This document shows positions 24,158-35,911 of a stretch of DNA of 64,000 nucleotides, in pieces. Both the position numbers and the translations under genes were made by a program. The DNA comes from Bilabrum cf. latius. Lineage: Eukaryota. Numbering within the stretch: position 1 is the first letter of the stretch; the number at the start of each line of letters is the position of its first letter. The notes beneath the pieces were generated by a model. It saw only the letters and a list, made by a program, of their open reading frames with translations. It ran no database searches and was not told the DNA's origin. The stretch is from the NCBI GenBank assembly GCA_965178125.1, contig OZ237770.1, positions 310,001-374,000 on the forward strand. Direction: 5' to 3'.

Positions 24158-27100
24158 ATGAATCAGTCGGTAACTGCAGCAGAGAGCAAATCAGCAGATG
24201 CTATGAAGGCCAGCACACAGCAGCAACGAGCGACTGAGGGTACTACCAGGCAGGCGGCATCGAGCAAGGCCGAGGATGCGTCATCCAAGACGGAGGGAGC
24301 TGCTGCGGGCGTGCAGGAGGCGGCATCGAGCAAGGCCGAGGATGCGTCATCCAAGACGGAGGGAGCTGCTGCGGGCGTGCAGGAGGCGGCATCGAGCAAG
24401 GCCGAGGATGCGTCATCCAAGACGGAGGGAGCTGCTGCGGGCGTGCAGGAGGCGGCATCGAGCAAGGCCGAGGATGCGTCATCCAAGACGGAGGGAGCTG
24501 CTGCGGGCGTGCAGGAGGCGGCATCGAGCAAGGCCGAGGATGCGTCATCCAAGACGGAGGGAGCTGCTGCGGGCGTGCAGGAGGCGGCATCGAGCAAGGC
24601 CGAGGATGCGTCATCCAAGACGGAGGGAGCTGCTGCGGGCGTGCAGGAGGCGGCATCGAGCAAGGCCGAGGATGCGTCATCCAAGACGGAGGGAGCTGCT
24701 GCGGGCGTGCAGGAGGCGGCATCGAGCAAGGCCGAGGATGCGTCATCCAAGACGGAGGGAGCTGCTGCGGGCGTGCAGGAGGCGGCATCGAGCAAGGCCG
24801 AGGATGCGTCATCCAAGACGGAGGGAGCTGCTGCGGGCGTGCAGGAGGCGGCATCGAGCAAGGCCGAGGATGCGTCATCCAAGATGAAGGGAGCTGCTGC
24901 GGGCGTGCAGGAGGCGGCATCGAGCAAGGCTGAGGATGCGTCATCCAAGACGGAGGGAGCTGCTGCGGGCGTGCAGGAGGCGGCATCGAGCAAGGCCGAG
25001 GATGCGTCATCCAAGACGGAGGGAGCTGCTGCGGGCGTGCAGGAGGCGGCATCGAGCAAGGCCGAGGATGCGTCATCCAAGACGGAGGGAGCTGCTGCGG
25101 GCGTGCAGGAGTCGGCATCGAGCAAGGCCGAGGATGCGTCATCCAAGACGGAGGGAGCTGCTGCGGGCGTGCAGGAGGCGGCATCGAGCAAGGCCGAGGA
25201 TGCGTCATCCAAGACGGAGGGAGCTGCTGCGGGCGTGCAGGAGGCGGCATCGAGCAAGGCCGAGGATGCGTCATCCAAGACGGAGGGAGCTGCTGCGGGC
25301 GTGCAGGAGGCGGCATCGAGCAAGGCCGAGGATGCGTCATCCAAGACGGAGGGAGCTGCTGCTAATAATTCCGAGAATGTGATTGAGGTAGCAGGGGGCG
25401 AGCAGGAGGATGCTGCCAGGGAGGCCGAAGAGAAACTAGCAGGGGGCGAGCAGGAGGATGCTGCCAGGGAGGCCGAAGAGAAACTAGCAGGGGGCGAGCA
25501 GGAGGATGCTGCCAGGGAGGCCGAAGAGAAACTAGCAGGGGGCGAGCAGGAGGATGCTGCCAGGGAGGCCGAAGAGAAACTAGCAGGGGGCGAGCAGGAG
25601 GATGCTGCCAGGGAGGCCGAAGGGAAACTAGCAGGGGGCGAGCAGGAGGATGCTGCCAGGGAGGCCGAAGAGAAACTAGCAGGGGGCGAGCAGGAGGATG
25701 CTGCCAGGGAGGCCGAAGAGAAACTAGTGGCTGGTGTTGGCATTAGGCATGTAGTGGATGGGGAGTAGGACTAGAGCGTAGGTGCGGTGCAGGACGAGAA
25801 GGCAGGTGCGGTGCAGGACGAGAAGGCAGATGCGGTGCAGGACGAGAAGGCAGGTGCGGTGCAGGACGAGAAGGCAGGTGCGGTGCAGGACGAGAAGGCA
25901 GGTGCGGTGCAAGACGAGAAGGCAGGTGCGGTGCAGGACGAGAAGGCAGGTGCGGTGCAGGACGAGAAGGCAGGTGCGGTGCAGGACGAGAAGGCAGGTG
26001 CGGTGCAGGACGAGAAGGCAGGTGCGGTGCAGGACGAGAAGGCAGGTGCGGTGCAGGACGAGAAGGCAGGTGCGGTGCAGGACGAGAAGGCAGGTGCGGT
26101 GCAGGACGAGAAGGCAGGTGCGGTGCAGGACGAGAAGGCAGGTGCGGTGCAGGACGAGAAGGCAGGTGCGGTGCAGGACGAGAAGGCAGGTGCGGTGCAG
26201 GACGAGAAGGCAGGTGCGGTGCAGGACGAGGATGTGGCAGCGGAAGGGGGTTCAAATCCTCGTTCACCACCACCACCACCACCACCACCACCACCACCAC
26301 CACCACCACCACAAGCAGGATCCGCAACACAAGCACCACCACCGCCACCACCGCCACCACCACCATCAGGTGCACAGGGCACGATGAAACCCCCCGAGGC
26401 CATCGAGCAGCTCCGCACCGCAATGAAATGCACCAGCATGGCCAAGGTGATGGAGGCCACGGGGCGTCCCCAGGAGGCCCTGAAGCTGCACCTGAGGAGC
26501 AGGGAACTCAGGGAACAAGCGGTGGGCACCGAGCACCCCCTGTACGCAGAGTCTCTGTCCAGTCTTGGGCTCTGTCTTGATTCGATGGGGCGGACTGACA
26601 TGGCCGTGGCCATGCTGCAGCAATGCTTGGAGATCGAGGGCAAGACCTTGGGAGAAAGGCATCCCAGGTATGTGACGAGCATGGCCAATCTGGCGGGGTG
26701 CCACATGACGGAGGGGAGCTGCAAGTTGGCGCTGGAGCTGTACAGCAGGAGTGAGTCGCTGGCGGCCAGTGTGATGAGTGAGCCACAGGGAACAGGCGAG
26801 GATGATGAGGAAGATGAGGATGATGAAATGCCAGCTGGTGCTTCCAGCGCTGCCGCTGCCGCTAGTGGGGGTGTGACGAGCGCCACTCGTCACCCGGACT
26901 TCCTCAACATCCGGCTGAGCAAGGCGCTGTGTCTGTTCCGCATGGAGAGGAGGATGGAGGCCAGGGAACAAGTGCAGGAGGTGCAGGACGAGGTGCTTGA
27001 GGGACAGGCTGACCCGACACGGGGTAGCTACGTGCCGCTGGTGAGGAACGTGGCCGTGCTTCAGGACCGGCTGGGTAGGCCGTCGCAGGCTCTAAAGGTG

Positions 27101-27622
27101 CTGGAGCACGCCCGGGGCTGCATCAAGGCGGCGTGGCAGGCGGCCAGGGAACAAGGGAGCGAGAGTGGAGGTCAGTCACCTGCCTCCTCGCCCTCGCCCC
27201 CGTCTTCCAGCGAGGGCAAGGGCAAGGAGGTGCCGGTTGCAACCGGCACGGGAGTCGGTCGCAAGCTGGGCGAGGGCAAGCTTTCGGAGAGCAGGACCTA
27301 CAGGGCCGTGGTCGAGCTGCTGGTTGAGCTAAAGAGGAAGATGAAGAGCGACAGTGATGCTGGCAGTGTGACGAGTGGTGCCCAACCGAAGGCCGATGCA
27401 TCGAGAGATGTCGTTTCAGGGACCGGTGGAGCCGCTGCAGCAGCATCTAATGGGCAGGACGTGAGCGTGGATGTGGACGGTAAACACGAGACCCCGGTTG
27501 AAGAGTCGAAGACCAGTGATGCAGACGAGAAGGGCACGGTGGTGTAGCCTCACGTGCCGAGTGCTAAGGTAGGCAGTGGGAAGCGTGGGAGGCGTCGGGG
27601 GCGACGCCGGCGTCGCCGGTGA
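24158..27622 (+). CDS. Repeat-rich acidic protein with poly-Pro and kinesin-light-chain-like TPR repeats
   Basis: ORFs 24158-25768 and 25787-27547 are in frame across two TAGs. TPR-like EHPLYAESLSSLG and RHPRYVTSMANLA. Past TAG 27545 the frame ends GKRGRRRGRRRRRR-TGA. Confidence 0.8.
24253..25362 (+). repeat. 66-bp coding minisatellite, ~17 copies (AASSKAEDASSKTEGAAAGVQE)
   Basis: Near-identical tandem units. Confidence 0.95.
25389..25728 (+). repeat. 48-bp coding minisatellite, 7 copies (AGGEQEDAAREAEEKL)
   Basis: Near-identical tandem units. Confidence 0.95.
25781..26230 (+). repeat. 24-bp coding minisatellite, ~19 copies (GAVQDEKA)
   Basis: Near-identical tandem units, followed by a (cca)n poly-Pro tract. 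Confidence 0.95.
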
Positions 27623-27626
27623 TTCG

Positions 27627-27800
27627 GCTGTGGCTGTGCCTCCTCGAGCTGAGTGCTTGCAAATGAGGGCGTAATTATCGCGGGTGCTTGAATGGGATCC
27701 GGGATAATTACGGTTTTGGTTTAGTCATGAAAGATGATACATGTTCAATGGCGCCGCGCTGGAAACAACATGCGGAACCGCCAGCAGTAGTGCTCGTGCC
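27627..27800 (+). repeat. Non-coding dispersed duplication (copy 1)
   Basis: ggctgtggctgtgcctcctcgagctgag...gcggaaccgccagcag is similar to 32046-32232. Confidence 0.85.
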
Positions 27801-27859
27801 TAACAATGGATTCAGTGTATGCTAAATTAAGTGATGGTGACTTAGTCAGCCCCACCATC

Positions 27860-28450
27860 CCTCAGTATTTTTCCTGAGCAGCTCGTCGTCATATTTAGCC
27901 AGCAGCGGGGGCAGCAAGAACACCAGCCGCCCCATGCTCCCGAGGTGACAAGCCTGCATCCGCAGGCCCACCACCACGGTGCCCGCCAGATCCTGCCGGC
28001 CTCGAGTTAGCCTCCCCGTAGCGGAGACGCGCCATCAGGCTCGGCGACCGCAGCAGCCGGCACATGGCGCAGGTGGCGCAGAGGACGTCTTCTGGCGAGA
28101 CGCACTTAATCAGGGGCGTCGCCATCCGCACCGCGGCCGCCAGCAGCGACATGTAGGCCCGGTCCACGGCGATCCCCAGCACGGACCCGGACGGCACATT
28201 GCGCGCCTTGCCCGGGCTCATACCCTGCCACGCAACCCCGCTGAGGGCCAGCACGTCGCTGAGCTGGAACCTCAGTGGGCGCATGAAGATCAGATTTTCA
28301 TCTCAAAAAAACTCACTATTGCCGAACAAGAATCACCATAACCCCATCAAGGACGGAGCTCGAGTGCTGCGAATTTCCAGATTCCCGTGCGGGGCAAGCC
28401 TGGTGCGGGGCTGCCAAATTAGGTTCCGCTGACGCTAGGCGCGCGGCGCA
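27860..28450 (-). mobile_element. Truncated inverted relative of the 14406-17697 TIR element
   Basis: 28326-28450 matches the reverse complement of 14406-14520. 27870-27990 matches the reverse complement of ~16105-16228. Confidence 0.7.
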
Positions 28451-28499
28451 ACCGCACGCAACACTTTTTTGAAAATACACCTTACCGCTTAGAAAGTGG

Positions 28500-28560
28500 A
28501 TCCGTCGGTTGTAACTTACCCCGACACATTCATCACACCAATTCTTGACCGCAACGATCC
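28500..28560 (+). mobile_element. Terminal fragment related to the pogo-like element
   Basis: atccgtcggttgtaacttaccccgacacattcatcacaccaa aligns with the reverse complement of 14040-14082. Confidence 0.7.
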
Positions 28561-30074
28561 CCGACACAATACAACTCGTCGATTATCACGCGACATCAAT
28601 AGCGTATCTTCCATGTAATGAGGTTTTTTCATTGTGTAATTAGTGAATTACCATACAACCACCGTAAGGCTAACGAGAGGAGCAGCACGCTGATCCAAAT
28701 GCCACTGAAACCACAGTCCACGCTGCATCCCTATTGTGCAATCATTTCGACGAATAGAATGCGCTATTGGTCGACTTCATTACAGATCAAATAGGTATTT
28801 AAAACAAATCACCGCTCCAGTATGTCACAGAGAGTCCATTAGAACCGAGGATGGTCTCATTTGACGTCAGATCTCGATTCATTTTGGGCAGAATCCAATT
28901 CACCACTGTCCTGATACACTTATAGTTTATTTATACATACGATTTGTTTGTGTATGGTACTGTATTTGTACAGGTCCTACAATTTCGCAAGTTGTGGCTG
29001 TTTCCAGTGGTTTGGTACCATTCAGAACACAATTGTGTCAAATCTATGAGGCCAGTACTAGTTTGAGACTAATCATGGTATTAATATACCTAATAAAAGG
29101 CAGTGTACGGATTTTCAGTCCCAATGGTGTAGAATAGCATGGCGTACTTCAGGTCTTCTGGATCTGGCCACCCGCACAGCTGCTGGTGCTGCTCGTGTCC
29201 TAATGATGGCCATAGTAGCCTCCTGTTCGATTTTCTGAATACGATCAATACAAAAAATGTAGTGGTTGGTCTCAATTCGCGGTAAGCTGCAGATTGGTGA
29301 GGTAAATGTGCAATAGCTAACTCTGCGGCCTGGTTCAGTCATCCTCACGGGAAACACCCTACTCATGAACCGCACAGCAGAATATGAGCGCGTTATTTGA
29401 ATAAAGTCATCAATTTGCTCAGAATTATGAGGAGTGTAATCAAATTCAGTATCTCAGAGGGCCAATCGAAGCAAGTTTGTTGCGGCTGCCAGAGGGATGA
29501 CCGTGGACCCTGTCGTGTCCAAATGAATCTTATTCAGACATTCGTCTGCACAGCAGCGTATAATTTAGCATCATTATCATACAGGTATATTTTTAGGTCT
29601 ATTTTGTAGACTAGAAAGGGGTATGCGGGCAGTGTCGGGGTGTCGTGCGACACTAATCACACAGTTTTGGCGCCGCGCAAAGCTGCAGCTCCCTGCTAGA
29701 GGCCAATTCTTTGAATGGCATGTTAACAGACTTAATCTCATCGTATGGAGTTGAAAGGCGCACCAGCAGACTCGCAAGAGCGCGCTGAATCGAATTGCAT
29801 CATGATTTCTTCTCCGAATTATCTGGGCGCCGCGCAAATTGCTGATCCGGAACCGGCAAAAACCAGTAAATTGTGTATTGTTCCGTTACATTCGACGGAT
29901 TTTGACCCCCGGACTGTCCGGGGGTCAGGGGGTGATATTACAGATTCGGGGAGCTGACTCTGAGCATGACAATCAATTCCTTCACCCAAACTAGTAACGA
30001 GGTTTGCAAGTTTGCCTAGTCTGTCTGATCTATTCACAACTGCTTGTTTCAAATAGAGAGCACGCCAGGCATAC

Positions 30075-31502
30075 ATGTTGGCTCGTCTACTCGCTCTCGT
30101 GCTCGCACTACCGCTGCAAAGCGCTGCCAGTGCTGACAGGCAACTAAGCCTTCATGCAAGCGCAAGGCAGAGATACAAGGAGTGGCTACGACCACGCTCA
30201 AGGGAGGAATGCAAAGAAGCTCGACTAGCGGTCTTCCCGACCAAGATGGATACGTATGGGTTCGGGGCCTCGCTGTACTTCATTTCGCTGCACCTGTGGC
30301 TCGCCAGGGTTACTGGAAGGACGATGGTGATGCCCACATTTCCAATGAGTGGGTATACTAATGGCATTCTGTGTGATGCAAGCTAGGGACGCTCAGGTAC
30401 GGCGTGCTACTTCAGCATCGAGACTCCCTGCTCGATGGAGGATGCCGGCCCTCCGGAAGAATGGGCCACGGATCACAGAGCCGCCGCCCGGGTGTCTCAA
30501 TTGCCTCCACTAGGATTGATGGTCGAACAGAACTTCGTGGGGGATTTCGCACTCACCGCAAATGTGCACTATTCCACTATCCCACTCAATGACAAGGGGC
30601 AAGAAGACATTCAGGCCATCCACAGGCCCGGGTGGGAACCGGCGCGCTGGCCCGACGACCCCATGGATGGACATCCCCTGCAGGAGGCGCAGCTGCTGCA
30701 TTTTGCAGAAGCCATGCACGCCCTGAGGCCCCGGCCATGGGTGTGGAACCTCATGCGCGAGCTGGCCCACATGCTCGGCCTGAAAACGCAAGACGACCCG
30801 GATCCACGGTACACGAGAGCCCCTGCGGACAGCAGTGTCTCGGAGCCTAGCGGGCGAATGCACGTGTCGTCCAATACCACTCGCTTTGTGACCGTGCACC
30901 ACAGGAGCAACTTTGCCAGTAAGAACGAACGAAAGGGGGTCTCCCCGTCGCACACTATTCGCACCATGCGGCTGGCCAGGCATGCCTACGGTGGCACCAC
31001 CACGGCCCTCCTGGAGAGTGATGACCCGGAGATGATCGACACGTTCCGAAAACTGGAGCCCTCCATCCGGTGGGTGCAGTTCCCCAGGTGCCTGTTCGCA
31101 GCTGCGAAGGGGAAAGGCTACGTGATGTCTACCTTGAGGTCGGCCAATATCCAGGGATCTCGCATCAGGAATAACTCGCAGTCCGGCCAGCTGGAGTGGA
31201 CGCCAGAGGCGCTGAAAGAATGCCCGGTAAGGGCAAACCTGACCGTGCATGACGAGGGGGGCGTCACCCTGGCCATGATGCTGCTGATGGCCAGGGGTTG
31301 GCCGATCGTGGGCGGCCTGCACTCGTCTATGTTTAAGAGCGTCACGGCTATGGCTGCTGCCGTGCAGTGGCCCCCACCCGTGGTGGACACCCAGGGGGGC
31401 TCATTTGCTCACACTGCCGAGAAGTCATCGTGGGTGAACATCTGCGCAGCCTACCAGAACACCGAGTTTTGGCACTACCTTCCCAGGCGGAGACCTCGCT
31501 GA
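30075..31502 (+). CDS. Secreted/Golgi alpha-1,6-fucosyltransferase-like (GT23/NodZ-like) protein
   Basis: 30075-30386 and 30435-31502 join across TAG 30384. Signal peptide, YGFGASL...GRTMV, TVHHRS and LESDDP. Paralogous to 34500-35633. Confidence 0.65.
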
Positions 31503-32045
31503 TGGTCGCCACCAACAGCCAGATGACGCGTGGAGTGGCGAGGAGTCTCGTCGGTTGGCGGGACGTACTGGTGGCGATATGAGGGTGCAGCCGTTCACAT
31601 CGCTGACCACGCAATGTGTTGCTGAATATGGCGGTAACAGCTTTGATGTATAAACGTTGGCAGGCAGCCTGGCTTCCAGCGCCACATCCCGATGAGGGTG
31701 GCAGGAGCAGCTGCTCCTGCACACTGCTTAGCAGTCACTGCTGAGTGTCTTCTCACCCCTGACCGCTTCAGAATACCAGAATACCAGAATAATTTATAGG
31801 ATAAAACGACCACAAAATGTAATGCGCAACCACGGATGACTGTTGACCAGAGGGAAGGACAGTGAGACCGAGCCATTCTCGGCCACCGGACCGTCAACAC
31901 CTGGTCAACACAAGCCATCCGCCACGAGGGACGCCCATGTACGACGTAGCTAGAAATGCCCACCCCCTTTCACGCAAGACACAACGGAGCAAAACCGCCA
32001 TTTCAAGCCCTCAAATCCTCTCGCCGCCGCCCTAGTAGGTGATTT

Positions 32046-32232
32046 GGCTGTGGCTGTGCCTCCTCGAGCTGAGCGCTTGCAAGTGAGGACGCAATTATCG
32101 CGGGTGCTTGAATACGTAAACTGCGGTTTTGGATTAGTCATGAAATATGACATGATGTTCACAGTTCTGAAGCAACGGCGCCGCGCTGGAAAACAGCATG
32201 CGGAACCGCCAGCAGCAGTGCTCGCTCGTGCC
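32046..32232 (+). repeat. Non-coding dispersed duplication (copy 2), directly upstream of the STELLO-like gene
   Basis: Similar to 27627-27800. Confidence 0.85.
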
Positions 32233-32285
32233 TCTAGTCTATCACCTAGAAAAGGACCGGTTTAAGACCACCAACCTGGTCTTAA

Positions 32286-35200
32286 ATGGGCATGCTACTA
32301 TTTGGTATTATAGTTTTAGGTTGTTTATCCCGTATTTCAGCCGGGGAACCAAACAAGTGGATAGTGATCACGACAATAAATGCGCCTACGCCGAGCGTCT
32401 TGCGCGCAGCTGCTGAGGGGAACTGGTCCATGGTGGTGGTCGCAGACTTGAAATCAAAACCAACCTACGATGTTCCGGGCTGCAATGATTCCAGGTGCGT
32501 GTACCTGACGCCAGAGAAGCAGGACAATATGAAGGAATCGCTGAAGAGCGCGTCGCTCCTCCCGCACAACCACTACGCGAGGAAGAACATTGGCTTTTTG
32601 TACGCCATCAAACACGGAGCAAAAGTTATTTTCGATTTGGATGATGACAACCGGCTCCTACCCGACGTAGACCTCAGCGCAACGGCGCTGCCTCTCCTGC
32701 CAGCGGGTACCGAAGACAAAGGTGCGACGGGCCCAGCGCTCGTGGCGGCATCCCACACCGGCCACGTCTGCAGTGCGCGCAGCCAGGGCGGCAGTTGGAA
32801 CGCGGGGCATGACTGCTCTGGGCTTGTAAACCCCTACGTGCACTTCGGGCAGCGGTCCATCTGGCCCCGGGGCATGCCTCTCGAGTGCGTCTCGGACGTA
32901 TCGAGCGAGATCCTGTACTCGGGCGCGGCGCCCTCCATGGCTGCGGAACCTTCCCTGGGGGAGTGCGGTGGACATGCAGGCCGCCCTGCTGTGCTTCAAA
33001 GCGTGGTGGATGGTGACCCGGACGTGGATGCCATCTTTCGGCTGACAAGGAAGGCATCTGGCAGGAGGATCGACGTGCCATTCGACAGGACAGCGCCCCC
33101 GCTGGTGCTGCCGCAAGGAAGAATGTCCCCTTGGAACTCACAGGCCACTCTCCACGCCCGGGAGGCGTTCTTTGCACTGGCACTTCCCGTGAGTGTCCCC
33201 TTCCGGGTCACCGACATTTGGAGGTCCTACTTTGCCCAGAGGATGCTGTGGGAGGTAGGACGCACCATCGGGTTCCTTCCCCCCCTTGTGAGGTCAGTGC
33301 GTAACGCCCACGACAACATGGCCGATTTTAGAGACGAGTAGATGCTCTACGACAAGTCCCTCGCCCTCGTGCACTTCCTAATGGGCTGGAGCCGGCCACA
33401 GGGAGCCAAGGACGCGGGAGAGGCTGCCGTCGCCCTGGCCAAAGACATGAAGGAGGCAGGTTTCTGGGGGGATGGCGACGTGGGATCCATCGAGGCCTTC
33501 GTGGCGGACCTTCGCACCATTGGGTACTCGTTCCCTCCACTCTTGACTACCGGGGCGCCGGGGTACCAAGATTCCGGCTCCGAGTACGGGCCGAAGCGCG
33601 GGCTAGGCCAAGGACAGGGGCACACCAGCAAGGCCAAGCACCACGCCGACGCGGTAGCCACGCTCCCCAAGCTCGCGGTGTCGCTCTCGAGGCCGTCGCT
33701 GGCTCCACAGACAACAGGGGCCCGCTGTGCAAACCACCCCGCGTACCGCGCGGCACTCAACTGGTTCCGCTCGAAGCGCGGCGCCGCCGCATTCCCTACT
33801 TCGACCCTTTCGCACCCGCTGGAGATGGGCCTCCCTGTGCTTGGGGAAGAGGAAGAGGGCCACTGCAGGTCGCGCCTAGGCCTCGGCGTGGAGCAGGGCT
33901 CTCACATGGCTGTCATGGACGCGTTCTTTCCCTCCAAGCGAGATAGGCGAAGTCAGCTGGAGGGGGAGGGAGATGGAGAAAGTGAGGCAGACCACGGGCA
34001 GGGTGAGGGTGCCGAATCACAGAGCTCCGGGCTACAGGCTGCCAAAGACGCAAAAACCTCGCCTGTGCTGGAGGACGGGCTGCTGGGCGGCGCGCAGGGT
34101 GGGGCCAGCCTGGCTGCCATCGTGGCGGCGGGCAGCAGCTCTGACCCAAACGGGGCCCTCCGGACTGCATCGGACGCCGCGCGGGACGCTTTCGCAGCCC
34201 GGCTCACTTCTGCCGATCCTTGGCGGGATGCGCTGCTACACCAGGAGGAGTGGATGGCCAGGGCAGTCACGGATCCTGATGAAGACGTCTCGTCCTCGTC
34301 CTCTCGCCCGATGCAGATGTACACGCCCTACGGACACCGGGCCGTCCTCTTCGCCCTCGAGCAGCAAACAAGCCCAGCAGCAGCAAGGCACCAGCAGGAC
34401 AGGGGTATCCCCCAGTTCGGGAGGGCGGCTTCTTCCCTTCTTCCCTCCCTGCAGTCTGCAAGACGGTTGGCAGAGCAGCAGGGGGAGGCGAGGACGCTCA
34501 TGGAGCTCTGGCTGAGACCCCCAAGCTGCGAGGGCAGGTTGGCCGTCCACCCCCAGAACGAGGGCATGGACATCGCGGGGCTGGGGGCTGCAGTCAACGC
34601 GGTGACGCAGACCATGTGGAAGGACAGACGAGAGGACCTGACCCCCGTGCTGTACCACAGCAACCTGGGTCCCTATTCTGTCCCCGCCATGTGCCCTGCC
34701 AAGGGGCTAGACTGCTACCTGGGAGGCATGTCAGGGTGCAGTACGGAGGCAGCCTAGTACGTGGGGCAGTCTTCCACCAAGAAACCCGCGAGGGTATCTG
34801 GCCTTACTTGGGCGACTGCTGGGGAACTGCTGCCGCTGCACGGCGTCCACAGGGAGCATGGGGATGCGATCGGGGCAGTGGCCCTCTCCACCTCTCGGCT
34901 CTTCCACACTGCGGAGCTGCTGCGCGCCCTCCGGCCCCAGCCGTGGATCAGGCGGATCAAGGCAGGGCTAGCGAGGGCGGTGGGTCTGCATCGCGGCATG
35001 CCCTACGCGTCGCTCATGTACAGGTCCAATAGGATTGCGAAGAACGAGGCCGTCAGGCAGACGATGGACCAGCACGTGCGGGCGCTGGGCTTGGCCTTCC
35101 ACGCGTACGGCAAGATCGGGGCCACGAGGACCAAGAAGGGTGGTCATGGCGGTGGGGGCGTTGTGTTGGTGGAGAGTGACGACGGGGAGGCGATTGAAGG

Positions 35201-35633
35201 CTTCAGGAAATCCATGAAGGGCCTCCGCTTCGTGCAGATCCCCAGGTGCCTCTTTCAGAGCCTCAAGGGACAGAAGCAGGAGTACATCATGAACCTGCTG
35301 AAGCGGAAGCAGAACGAGGCCAAGATCAAGGGGGTTGACCTCTCCGGAGCATCGGGCTGGACGCAGGAGCAGCTTGCGGAGTGTCCCGCGCTGAAGCACC
35401 TGCCGCCACACGACGAGACCTCGCTGCTGCTGGCCACCCTGGACCTGCTCGGGGGCGGGTACCCGGTCGTGTGCGGCATGTCCTCCAACCTCTGCCGACT
35501 GGCCGTGGGATTTGGGGCTCAGCGCTAGTTCCCACCCGCAGCAGTAGACGTGGAGGGCGGCACGTGGTACGACTCCCCGGTGCTGCCTCACGTGAACGTG
35601 TGCAAGCAGTGGCTGTACGGATAGGACAAGTGA
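32286..35633 (+). CDS. STELLO/DUF288-like glycosyltransferase fused to a GT23-like domain
   Basis: KWIVITTIN, VVVADLK, YARKNIGFLYAI, DLDDDN, WPRG, DPDVDAIFRL, PWNSQAT and RVTDIWRSY. One frame through TAGs 33339, 34755, 35526 and 35622 to TGA. Confidence 0.85.
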
Positions 35634-35911
35634 GCTGCACCAAGGGATGCCTGAGATTTGTCGTTTCGTTGCCCTGTACGAAATCTGATCGGGACGCTGG
35701 TCTACCCCGCTTGGTTATTCCTATGTTATTGGTTGTTGCGATTGGCTTGCTGCTGCCGACTTGTTGAATCAACCCGGAATCGGGAGTCCGGACCAGGCCT
35801 CGGTTTCGCCGGTATTGCATTCTCTCTGCTTCACTCAAAACCTTGCTGATTCGGACCAACGAAAACTGCACCCTTACTTTTGATTGCACGTCAGCGGATC
35901 CCGTCCCGCGA

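Noticed and set aside
24253-26230. CRISPR-like arrays
   Set aside because: The units are contiguous with no unique spacers, their lengths are multiples of three and they lie in a coding frame.
24163-26886. Long antisense ORFs
   Set aside because: They are mirror frames of stop-free tandem repeats.
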